Assembly (NCBI GenBank): GCA_903891335.1
Contig: CAITDX010000019.1
Location: 1-36,638 of the forward strand
Source of the DNA: an uncultured bacterium
GTDB taxonomy: Bacteria > Patescibacteriota > Microgenomatia > UBA1400 > PJMF01
Length of the DNA: 36,638 nucleotides
Reading direction: 5' to 3'
Under the pieces are notes generated by a model that did no database searches, was not told where the DNA came from, and worked only from the letters and a program-made list of their open reading frames with translations. The position numbers and the translations under genes were made by a program. Shown piece by piece: positions 26,180-34,821 of the stretch. Position 1 is the first letter of the stretch. Each line of letters starts with the position of its first letter.

Positions 26180-27088
26180 TTAGCGCATCTTGGCACTATT
26201 GATATCAAGTAATTCATTCGTAATCATAGCCTGACGAGACTTGTTAAAGTCAAGCTGAAGAGTACCCACCAATTCCTTGGCATTGTCACTAGCGCTCTTC
26301 ATCGCCAGCATTCGGGCAGAATGTTCACTCGCCAAAGCCTCAAGTACGAGGTGATAAAAACTTAGTTCCAAATAATAATCCAGCAAAAAGTCCATCAGCT
26401 CACGAGGACTTGGCTCAAGTAAATAATTGGCTCGTTTTTTCTTGATCTCACTAGCCGTCTGTTTAGACTGAACTTTAATAGTCTTATTTTGGAATTCACT
26501 ATTGAGTTGCTGAATTTGCAAGTCCTCCAATGGCAGTAAGCGAAAAAGCAGGCTGCGTTGTTGGAGTGAATTGATGAAATCAGTAAAAAGCACATCAACT
26601 CGGTTGATTTGACCAGCTAGATATTTCGCTCTCACCAAATCAATCAATGGCAAGACATCACTCAGCTTGGTTTTTTCTGGCCAATCAGTGAAACCAGCAA
26701 TCATATTAAAGCCATACATGCGCAAAAAGTTGACTGCCTTCTGACCGACTGCGATATATGCTGCATCAGGACGAGATTTCGACCACAACACTAGCTTCTT
26801 AAACAAATTAGTATTGAGCGAACCACACAAGCCTTTGTTGGTGGAAATCACAATCAAAACGTCTGTGCCAGAGCGATCGCGGTTGAGATAAGGATGCAGT
26901 CCCGCTTCAGCGAAGTTGGCCACTGTCTCAAGTGAATCAAGCAGTGCATTAACGTATGGCAAAGAACTTGTCGCCACTTTCTGAGAATAGCGAGTTTTAC
27001 TTGCCGAAACCAACTGCATTGCTTTGGTAATTTTGGCAATGTTTTTAACAGAATTGACGCGGCGTTTGATAATTCTTGCGTTCGCCAT
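26180..27088 (-). CDS. atpG: F1 ATP synthase gamma subunit
   Basis: 302 aa. N-terminus IKRRVNSVKNIAKITKAMQLVSASK and C-terminus ..RQAMITNELLDI.. are typical. Confidence 0.9.
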   Translation of the reverse strand: MANARIIKRRVNSVKNIAKITKAMQLVSASKTRYSQKVATSSLPYVNALLDSLETVANFAEAGLHPYLNRDRSGTDVLIVISTNKGLCGSLNTNLFKKLVLWSKSRPDAAYIAVGQKAVNFLRMYGFNMIAGFTDWPEKTKLSDVLPLIDLVRAKYLAGQINRVDVLFTDFINSLQQRSLLFRLLPLEDLQIQQLNSEFQNKTIKVQSKQTASEIKKKRANYLLEPSPRELMDFLLDYYLELSFYHLVLEALASEHSARMLAMKSASDNAKELVGTLQLDFNKSRQAMITNELLDINSAKMR

Positions 27089-27094
27089 AAGGCT

Positions 27095-28612
27095 TTAAGC
27101 TTCCTTCTGATAAAAATGAGGGTGAGTCTTGGCAAAATCACTCAGCAGTGCTTTTATATCAGTCTCAAGCTTCCCTTCAATTTTTGGTCCTTTATTGAGT
27201 GTCTCTACCAGCTCAGCATAATTACTCTTCGCAAAGTGCAGGTAATCAGCTTCAAAAGTTAAGAGGTCAGCAATAGCAATCTCATCTAAGTAGCCGTTCA
27301 CTGCTGCATAAATCACCAACACCTGATCAGCGACTGACATTTGCCAATCCCAAGCTTGTTTCAAGATCTCACTTACCCGCTTGCCACGTTCGAGTTGCTT
27401 CTTGGTGGCTGCATCAAGATCAGAACTAAATTGAGCAAATGCTTCCAATTCTCTGAACTGAGCCAGGTCAAGCTTCAAACTTCCTGCAACCTGCTTCATA
27501 GCTTTCAGTTGTGCAGCTGAACCTACACGAGACACTGAAAGACCAATGTTGATAGCAGGACGAACACCAGAGTTAAACAATTCAGTTTCAAGATAAATCT
27601 GACCGTCAGTGATAGAAATCACGTTGGTTGGAATATAAGCTGAAACGTCATTGGCTTGGGTTTCGATAATTGGAAGAGCGGTGATTGAACCACCACCATT
27701 TTCTTGATTGAGCTTACAGGCACGTTCGAGCAAACGAGAGTGCAAGTAAAAAACGTCACCAGGATAGGCTTCACGACCAGAAGGACGCTTGAGCAGAAGT
27801 GAAATCTCACGATATGCTTGAGCATGCTTACTTAGGTCGTCAAAAACGATCAAAACATCTTTGCCTTTGGCTAGAAAGTATTCTGCTACTGCTTGACCAG
27901 CATAGGGAGCCAAAAACTGGAGAGATGCTGATTCAGATGCAGAGGCTGACACTACGGCGGTGTATTCCATTGCGCCCTTGTCTTCCAAAACCTGCACAAA
28001 TTGAGCAAGTGTAGATTTTTTCTGACCAATGGCCACATAGATACAAATCATATCCTGGCCTTTTTGGTTCAGGATACTCGCTAAAGCCACCGATGATTTA
28101 CCGGTATTGCGGTCACCAATAATCAATTCGCGCTGACCGCGACCAATTGGAATCAAAGCATCAATTGCCTTGATGCCAGTTTGCATAGGCTGATTCACAC
28201 CTTCACGCGTAATGACACCAGGGGCAATCTTCTCCAAAAACATTTCTTTGTCTTTGGCGATAGCTGACTTACCGTCAATCGCTTGACCCATGGGATTGAT
28301 CACCCGACCAATCACTTCATCAGAAACATTGATCGATAAAATTTTACCCGTACGATAGACATTATCACCTGCCTTTAAAGTTTCTGGCCCTGCAAGAACA
28401 ATGATACCCACGCGCTCTTTTTCGAGATTGAGCACGAGTCCATAAGTATCCCCTCCAAATGTTACTAATTCACCTGCCTGCACATCATGAAGTTGATCAG
28501 CAAACACAATGCCATCAGCATAAGAAATAATTGTTCCCACAGAGGTTTCCTGAGGGGCAAGATCATCTTTGGAAATTGCACTGAGGTTGGCGAAAATATC
28601 TGATTTTGTCAT
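27095..28612 (-). CDS. atpA: F1 ATP synthase alpha subunit
   Basis: 505 aa with [20 protein letters not shown] and [14 protein letters not shown]. Confidence 0.97.
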   Translation of the reverse strand: MTKSDIFANLSAISKDDLAPQETSVGTIISYADGIVFADQLHDVQAGELVTFGGDTYGLVLNLEKERVGIIVLAGPETLKAGDNVYRTGKILSINVSDEVIGRVINPMGQAIDGKSAIAKDKEMFLEKIAPGVITREGVNQPMQTGIKAIDALIPIGRGQRELIIGDRNTGKSSVALASILNQKGQDMICIYVAIGQKKSTLAQFVQVLEDKGAMEYTAVVSASASESASLQFLAPYAGQAVAEYFLAKGKDVLIVFDDLSKHAQAYREISLLLKRPSGREAYPGDVFYLHSRLLERACKLNQENGGGSITALPIIETQANDVSAYIPTNVISITDGQIYLETELFNSGVRPAINIGLSVSRVGSAAQLKAMKQVAGSLKLDLAQFRELEAFAQFSSDLDAATKKQLERGKRVSEILKQAWDWQMSVADQVLVIYAAVNGYLDEIAIADLLTFEADYLHFAKSNYAELVETLNKGPKIEGKLETDIKALLSDFAKTHPHFYQKEA

Positions 28613-28617
28613 AAAAT

Positions 28618-28833
28618 TTAAAGTTTAGCCGCAAGTTGGTTAAGGCGAGCGCGCACACTAGCATCATAGAGTTTGCCAGCCATGCTGACACTCAGTCCGC
28701 CCAGTAGTTGTGGTTGTAACTGATACACAAAAGACAACTCCTCTTGAGGATGCTTCTTTTGCATACCTGTTTCTAGTTTTTTCTTTTGCTCGTCGCTTAA
28801 GGCAACTGCACTCGCAATAGTAATTTGCAACAT
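28618..28833 (-). CDS. atpH: ATP synthase delta (OSCP) subunit, C-terminal domain only
   Basis: 71 aa in the canonical slot between atpF and atpA. ..[29 protein letters not shown] resembles the delta C-terminal signature (..GG..V..G....D.S....L). The N-terminal domain is absent. Confidence 0.6.
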   Translation of the reverse strand: MLQITIASAVALSDEQKKKLETGMQKKHPQEELSFVYQLQPQLLGGLSVSMAGKLYDASVRARLNQLAAKL

Positions 28834-28839
28834 AGTTTG

Positions 28840-29325
28840 TTAAAGACTTTCAATAACTTGATCGATTTGCTCGTCAATCAACTTTTGGTGTTTTTTGGCA
28901 TCAATAGCCTGACCAAGAACTTTTTCTGCCATAAGCACTGCAGCTTGCTTGATCATGGCTTCATTTTTCTTGAGCTCCTCTTTCTTCATTTTAGTAAGCT
29001 CAGCATTGAATTTATTTTCACGAGCAGTCATCTCTGCTTTTGCCTGATCAAGGATAGCCTTGGCTTGCTCACGAGCCTCGCGCTTGGCATCATCCTCAAT
29101 CTTCTTGGCTTTTTGACTTGCCTTCACTAAGGTTTTCTCGCGTACACGCTCCAGCTCTTCCTTCTCTTGCATGACTTCACCAGCAGCAGCAGCGGCGGCG
29201 GCGACTTTCTCGCGACGGTCATTGAGCAACTTCAAAACTGGCTTATACACGAAATAAGTCAAGGCGCCCAAGACCACACCGAAGTTGATAATTTGGAAAA
29301 TAATTTGGGTTAATTGTATCTCCAT
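28840..29325 (-). CDS. atpF: Fo ATP synthase b subunit
   Basis: 161 aa with an N-terminal TM helix (IIFQIINFGVVLGALTYFVY) and a long charged helix. Confidence 0.8.
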   Translation of the reverse strand: MEIQLTQIIFQIINFGVVLGALTYFVYKPVLKLLNDRREKVAAAAAAAGEVMQEKEELERVREKTLVKASQKAKKIEDDAKREAREQAKAILDQAKAEMTARENKFNAELTKMKKEELKKNEAMIKQAAVLMAEKVLGQAIDAKKHQKLIDEQIDQVIESL

Positions 29326-29354
29326 AGCTTAGACTCCTTTGTTTTGGCCTCTCT

Positions 29355-29588
<234 letters not shown>

Positions 29589-29643
29589 TTATTTTTTTGT
29601 TAATTACTTATTAATTGCGTAGTTGCTAATTTAGAATAACGAA

Positions 29644-30579
29644 TTAGGCCTGCGCCACCTCATGCTCTTCTTCATGATGACCTTTGGTGGCCAAGTTAAA
29701 GAATAAGAGGGTTAGCATTGAAAAAACCAATCCCTGGATGAAGCCCACAAACAGTTCAAGTGCATAGAAAGGAGCTGGCACCAATACACCAACTAAGTAG
29801 GTCATTACTGCCAACAATACTTCTCCAGCAAAAATATTACCAAATAAACGGAAGGCAAAGGAAACAATCTTAGCAGTTTCCAAAATCATTTCCAAAATGC
29901 CAACAAAAAATCCAATTGGGCTTGAAAAATCGATAAATTTCTTAAAATAGGCTAGGCCCAAATGACTGACACCAAAGACCTGAGTCAAAACTACTGAAAT
30001 AATTGCCAATGCAAGGGTTGTGTTTAAATCAGCAGTGGCAGCACGCATGAGTGGCACTGCTTTGTGAAGAGCACTCCCTTCGCCAGAATCCGCAGTCTCA
30101 TCATGAGTCACTGATGCATCTGTGGTCTCTTCAGTAGCGTGCTCTCCTTCTGCGACCTCAGTCACCGGAACTGCGGTTTCAGCTGGAGCAGTAGAAGCCA
30201 TTGCTTGTGTCGATAGGTCAGATTGACTAATGTGTTGTTCTTGCACCATCACATACCCTACACCAGGAAACAAACCTAAGTAGTTATTAAGGACAATGAA
30301 AATAAAAAAAGTAGCAATAATCGGAAAAAATAAGGCAGATTTCTTGTGATTCTCGGTGATGAAATGAACAAAATTATATAAACTCTCCACGATCATCTCG
30401 ACAAAATTCTGCAAAGCACTGGGCTTGTCAGTGTGTCGAAATTGAGAACGAAAATACAACGCAAAACCAACTAAGAAAAAACTCACAATCAAGCTGGTGA
30501 AGATCGAATTACTAATTTCTAAACCAAAAAAATTAAGAATTGTTTCAGCGGAAATAGAAACATGTAAGCTTGCTGCCAT
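29644..30579 (-). CDS. atpB: Fo ATP synthase a subunit with an acidic loop insertion
   Basis: Conserved C-terminal half (..FRLFGNIFAGEVLL.., ..FVGFIQGLVFSMLT..). I place the start at ATG 30579, which has an AAGGA SD, rather than the TTG at 30666 used by the ORF track. Confidence 0.85.
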   Translation of the reverse strand: MAASLHVSISAETILNFFGLEISNSIFTSLIVSFFLVGFALYFRSQFRHTDKPSALQNFVEMIVESLYNFVHFITENHKKSALFFPIIATFFIFIVLNNYLGLFPGVGYVMVQEQHISQSDLSTQAMASTAPAETAVPVTEVAEGEHATEETTDASVTHDETADSGEGSALHKAVPLMRAATADLNTTLALAIISVVLTQVFGVSHLGLAYFKKFIDFSSPIGFFVGILEMILETAKIVSFAFRLFGNIFAGEVLLAVMTYLVGVLVPAPFYALELFVGFIQGLVFSMLTLLFFNLATKGHHEEEHEVAQA

Positions 30580-30726
30580 GTAATTCCTTTTTGTATTGTG
30601 TATCCAGTCAATAAATTGAGTTGGGAAAACTGGCAATAACAAAAAATTATCAATTTTCCCCACCAATTTATTGATCTGTTAATTGTTGCTGTCAGGATAA
30701 AGCGCTAGCTCGATCTGACGGGGTCG

Positions 30727-30755
30727 ATTATAAAGACAGAAAGTCAATAAGACAA
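30727..30755 (-). promoter_or_regulatory. Sigma70-type promoter of the atp operon
   Basis: Minus strand: TTGTCT (30750-30755), 17 nt, perfect TATAAT (30727-30732). It lies about 140 nt upstream of the atpB ATG. Confidence 0.65.
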
Positions 30756-30786
30756 GCGGTGGATTTTTTGCTAGCATGAATACCGT

Positions 30787-32232
30787 ATGTCAACTCCGTC
30801 CACTACCAACAAATACCCCGTTAACCCTCGTCTCAAAAAGAAACGCCAGGCGATTCTGTCTTTCTTGGGAATTATCGTCATTTTAGTGGCGGTCTTGGCT
30901 GGAGCCTGGCAAATCAAAGTTGTACGCGAATTCTTTGGTCAGGCGAGCGGCACCCCTGCCAACCTCATTGTCGACACCACTGCAGTTTTGGGCGAAATTC
31001 AACGACCTTGGCGAAACTTAGCTCAGGGTGGTGAAGATCATAATTGGCGCATCGGACAACTCACTCAACCTGTGGCAGCACTCAAACCAGAATATATTCG
31101 GATTGACCATATTTACGATTTCTATGATATCGTCCAAGGTACTCCCGGCAACATCACCTTCAATTGGACCAAGTTTGATCTGATTATTGATGATATCTTA
31201 GCAACTGGAGCCAAACCCTATATCGCTCTCAGCTACATGCCACCAGCGATTTCTTCAGGAGATATTTTGGCTTATCCAACCAACTGGGCAGACTGGCAAC
31301 TTACCGTCCAAAAAACCATCGAGCACCTCAGTGGCACCCGTAAAATTAGCGATGTCTACTATGAGGTTTGGAATGAACCAGATTTATTTGGTTCATATAA
31401 GTATTATGGCGACAAAAACTACCTAACCATGTATGCCTATGCTAGTACCGGAGCAAAGAATGCCCGAGGTGTGATGCCTTTCAAGCTTGGCGGTCCGGCC
31501 ATCACCGCTCTCTATAAAAATTGGTTTGATGCGTGGGCCAAAGGCTGCATTGAAAACAATTGGCGTTGCGACTTCTTCTCTTGGCATCGCTACACTACGG
31601 ATCTAGGTAAATTTGCCGAAGATATGCAACTCGCTAAAGAATGGGTGCAGGCTTATCCTCAACTTGAACCAACCCTCGAGTTTCATATTACCGAATGGGG
31701 TCATGATAGTAATAATCATGCTGGTTATGACTCGGCTTATTCAGCAGCTCACACCGTTGCCGCTGCAATCTCCATGAGCAATAAAGTCACTCGTGCCTTT
31801 GCTTTTGAAATTCAAGATGGCAAAGATCCTGAGGGTAAAGCCAATTGGGGTCGTTGGGGTATGTTCACTCATAATGACTTTGGAGCCAACAGTAAGCCTC
31901 GTTATCGAGCCCTGCGCTTGCTTGATAGCATTCCTGAGCAGCGTCTGCAGATCACTGGACTTGGTTCTTTCGTCAAAGCCCTTGCTGCTCGCAATGACCT
32001 CGGTCAAACCGAGCTAATCATCGCTAACTTCGATCCAAAGGCTAGAAATAGCGAACTCGTTCCTATCACCTTCCTCAATATTGAGCCGGGCAACTATACA
32101 CTTAGCACTGAATTCCTCGGTGGGAATAAGCAAAATCAACAAATTGCGACTGATGCCGCAGCCCTACGCGCAGAAGTGTTCATGCCGATCAATGAAGTAG
32201 CAAAAGTCAAAATGATTAAGAATGAACCCTAA
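30787..32232 (+). CDS. Membrane-anchored clan GH-A glycoside hydrolase (GH39-like)
   Basis: 481 aa with an N-terminal TM anchor (ILSFLGIIVILVAVLAGAW). YYEVWNEPD is a candidate acid/base NEP motif and HITEWG a candidate nucleophile. Only plus-strand gene in the window. Confidence 0.65.
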   Translation: MSTPSTTNKYPVNPRLKKKRQAILSFLGIIVILVAVLAGAWQIKVVREFFGQASGTPANLIVDTTAVLGEIQRPWRNLAQGGEDHNWRIGQLTQPVAALKPEYIRIDHIYDFYDIVQGTPGNITFNWTKFDLIIDDILATGAKPYIALSYMPPAISSGDILAYPTNWADWQLTVQKTIEHLSGTRKISDVYYEVWNEPDLFGSYKYYGDKNYLTMYAYASTGAKNARGVMPFKLGGPAITALYKNWFDAWAKGCIENNWRCDFFSWHRYTTDLGKFAEDMQLAKEWVQAYPQLEPTLEFHITEWGHDSNNHAGYDSAYSAAHTVAAAISMSNKVTRAFAFEIQDGKDPEGKANWGRWGMFTHNDFGANSKPRYRALRLLDSIPEQRLQITGLGSFVKALAARNDLGQTELIIANFDPKARNSELVPITFLNIEPGNYTLSTEFLGGNKQNQQIATDAAALRAEVFMPINEVAKVKMIKNEP

Positions 32233-33419
32233 TTTCTAAATTTGCCCAGTTGTCGAGCAATAAGAGTGGTGATTTGCTTGGTAAAATTCTCAACTGAATA
32301 AGCTCTAGCAGCTTGATGGATCTCTCGTGGATTGGTAACAAAATCACGCTCAAAATCCTTAATTGCTGCCACCAACGCTGATGCGCTCAACTCATCAAAA
32401 AAGACTCCTGTGCGCCCTTCACGAATTGTTTCTTTCGGTCCACCAGAACGGTGAGCGATGACAGGCGTTCCAAAAGCCATAGCCTCCACTGGCACCATCC
32501 CGAAATCTTCATCAACTGCTGGATAAATTAGAGCTCGGGCATTTCGATAGAGTTCCATGAGTTGCTGATCATCCACGCCACCCAAAAATTCAACATTAGG
32601 TAATGCGAGTTTTTGTAAATCAACAAGCATTGAGCCCGTTCCTACCACTTTTAATGGAACTCCCAGTGTGTTCGCTGCCTTCACTGCTAATTCTGGATGT
32701 TTCGCCAAAGCCAAGCGATTCACATACAGATAGTATGACTGATGTTTGTGCTTGGTTAGTTTCTGAAGTCCAGCTTTGTCCAAATTTTTGAAAAAAGCTG
32801 CTGCTTCCTCAAATACCATAATCGGCGGATGAACCACCACGCTATCACGCTTATAAAATTTCTTAATGCGCAACGCAGTTTCTACTGAATTAGCAATCAT
32901 CAGATCAGGATTCTGTCCAGCCTTGAAATCCTGTTGGCGGACTACGTGATTGAGTAAATTGCCTGCAAAACGAGTGTACGGATTGGCTTGCCAATTACTC
33001 TTGGCACTATAGCCATAGAGCACTCTAGGCGGAGTATGGCAATAGCACAGATGACGACCAATACGAGCGCGTGCTGCCTTGGCAAAATAGGCATTGGATG
33101 AACTAATAATGAGGTCATAACTGCTAAAATCAAATTGTTCAAATGCCCATTTCGCAAAGACTCGCAATGGAGAAAATAATTGCTTATACAGCGGAAAGCG
33201 CGTGATAACACTCTCACGAATGTCCCAAGTTGCAAACCGCTGCCAGTTAGTCCCCATGGCTTTTTTATCAGTGAAAGCTGTGTACACTGGTGCCTCTGGA
33301 AACAGTTCATGTAGCACTTCCAAAACTCGCTCAGCTCCACCGTATTCACGTAAATAATCATGAACGAGGGCAATTTTGAGGTGTGAGAGTTGCTGAGCTA
33401 CTTGAGTTTGACGTGACAT
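32229..33419 (-). CDS. GT4-family (GT-B) glycosyltransferase
   Basis: 396 aa. KIALVHDYLREYGGAERV at the N-terminus and the E-x7-E region EDFGMVPVEAMAFGTPVIAHRSGGPKETI. Confidence 0.85.
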   Translation of the reverse strand: MSRQTQVAQQLSHLKIALVHDYLREYGGAERVLEVLHELFPEAPVYTAFTDKKAMGTNWQRFATWDIRESVITRFPLYKQLFSPLRVFAKWAFEQFDFSSYDLIISSSNAYFAKAARARIGRHLCYCHTPPRVLYGYSAKSNWQANPYTRFAGNLLNHVVRQQDFKAGQNPDLMIANSVETALRIKKFYKRDSVVVHPPIMVFEEAAAFFKNLDKAGLQKLTKHKHQSYYLYVNRLALAKHPELAVKAANTLGVPLKVVGTGSMLVDLQKLALPNVEFLGGVDDQQLMELYRNARALIYPAVDEDFGMVPVEAMAFGTPVIAHRSGGPKETIREGRTGVFFDELSASALVAAIKDFERDFVTNPREIHQAARAYSVENFTKQITTLIARQLGKFRN

Positions 33420-33436
33420 AGATTTGGTAAAAATTG

Positions 33437-34369
33437 CTAAAACAAGGCTTCTTGCACTGAAGTTTCAAATGCATCCTGAGGCAAACTCGCGATCAGTGAC
33501 TTGAAACCAAACTTCTGAAACAACGCAATCACCTGATTTTTATCGTAACCAGTTACTCGACATTGTTCTAAATCAAAATCAATTGGCACGTCACAACGGA
33601 TGCGAGCCAAATCCTGACTGAGAAAGGCTTGGTCTTTTTGGGTGAGGAGCTTCGTCAAGAGCGCACCTTTGAGCAACTGTCCATCACCGGCAGGATGTGT
33701 CTCAAGATAATCATAGATAGCCTGCAAACTACCAAAATGCTGAATTAAACTCAGCGCAGTTTTTGGACCAACCCCACTAACACCCGGAATATTATCAGAT
33801 GTATCACCCATCAGTGCTTTAAGGTCGACAACTTGATCGGGGGCAATACCCCATTTTTTTTTCACCAATTCACTATCATACTCGATATCACCTTTTTGTT
33901 TACCTCGAGAAGGCATGAAAATATGTGTATCGTTGTCAACCAACTGAAAAGAGTCTTGATCACCAGTCACAATTACCGTAAGTAATTGACGATCGAGATT
34001 TTCCACACGTGCATTGACGGTACCAATCAAGTCATCAGCTTCATAACCAGGCACTTCGAATAAGGGGATGCCCATTGCTTCAACCACCTGCTTGACCAAA
34101 GCAATTTGAGGAATGAGGTCATCTGGCATTTTGGCGCGCTTGGCTTTGTAACCATCAAACTTCTCATGACGAAAGGTTGGTTTCGGATGATCAAAGCAAA
34201 CGGCGATATACTCTGGCTCAAAATAAGAAATGGCATTCAATGTTTGCTTGCTGAAACCATAGACTGCGTTAACCAATGTTCCCTCTGGATCAGTTAAATT
34301 GGGGATCGCGTAGTAATTACGATAAATGAGTGCATGAGCATCGAGCAAGAGAAAAGTTTTTCGCTTCAT
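33437..34369 (-). CDS. Standalone 5'-3' exonuclease / flap endonuclease (Pol I N-terminal domain type)
   Basis: LLLDAHALIYRNYYA, GYEADDLIGT, VTGDQDSFQLV and an H3TH (GDTSDNIPGVSGVGPKTA). No polymerase domain. Start set at ATG 34369 (MKRKTF..), 1 nt after the upstream gene's TGA. The track's longer start overlaps that gene. Confidence 0.85.
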   Translation of the reverse strand: MKRKTFLLLDAHALIYRNYYAIPNLTDPEGTLVNAVYGFSKQTLNAISYFEPEYIAVCFDHPKPTFRHEKFDGYKAKRAKMPDDLIPQIALVKQVVEAMGIPLFEVPGYEADDLIGTVNARVENLDRQLLTVIVTGDQDSFQLVDNDTHIFMPSRGKQKGDIEYDSELVKKKWGIAPDQVVDLKALMGDTSDNIPGVSGVGPKTALSLIQHFGSLQAIYDYLETHPAGDGQLLKGALLTKLLTQKDQAFLSQDLARIRCDVPIDFDLEQCRVTGYDKNQVIALFQKFGFKSLIASLPQDAFETSVQEALF

Positions 34370-34370
34370 A

Positions 34371-34802
34371 TCAATTTTTTTTCTGTTTCTCTCCATTTTG
34401 CAAAATAATGAAATCAAGTTTACGACGGTTTTCTTCAAGCTCGGCAGTAATTTGGTCAAGTTTAGCGGCAGTTTTCATCCATTCATAGGTTTCACGCTTG
34501 CGACTTAACTCTGACACAATACTCCCAATCAAACTACCCATCAATAAAACTCCAATTACCTGCAGCACTACTCCGATGACTCGCCCCTCCCAAGTAACTG
34601 GCACCACATCGCCATACCCAACCGAAGTAATCGTGGTAGTAGCCCACCACAATGCATCACCCAGACCAGCGATGCTCGCCCCCGGCCGACCAACCTCCAG
34701 AGGAACAATCATAATTGCCAGGGATAAACTTAAGAAAAATAAAGCCAATAACACTTTTCGCAAGGTTCTCCGTCCGAAAAGCTGAAGCAAAATTCGCCGC
34801 AT
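34371..34802 (-). CDS. Two-TM potassium channel (KcsA-like)
   Basis: 143 aa with the selectivity filter TSVGYGD between two hydrophobic helices and a charged C-terminal helix. Confidence 0.85.
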   Translation of the reverse strand: MRRILLQLFGRRTLRKVLLALFFLSLSLAIMIVPLEVGRPGASIAGLGDALWWATTTITSVGYGDVVPVTWEGRVIGVVLQVIGVLLMGSLIGSIVSELSRKRETYEWMKTAAKLDQITAELEENRRKLDFIILQNGEKQKKN

Positions 34803-34821
34803 GCTCCTATCTTATCATTCT

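Noticed and set aside
28618-28833. Short atpH as a pseudogene created by a frameshift
   Set aside because: The upstream sequence is fully used by an intact atpF, and no frame there encodes a delta N-domain-like sequence. I treat it as a genuinely short gene pending read-level checks.
30580-30666. N-terminal extension of atpB from a TTG start; likewise 34370-34459 for the exonuclease and 9976-10071 for the orphan gene
   Set aside because: These are longest-ORF artefacts. Internal ATGs fit better: an SD for atpB, no overlap with the upstream gene for the exonuclease, and avoidance of the pnp terminator for the orphan.
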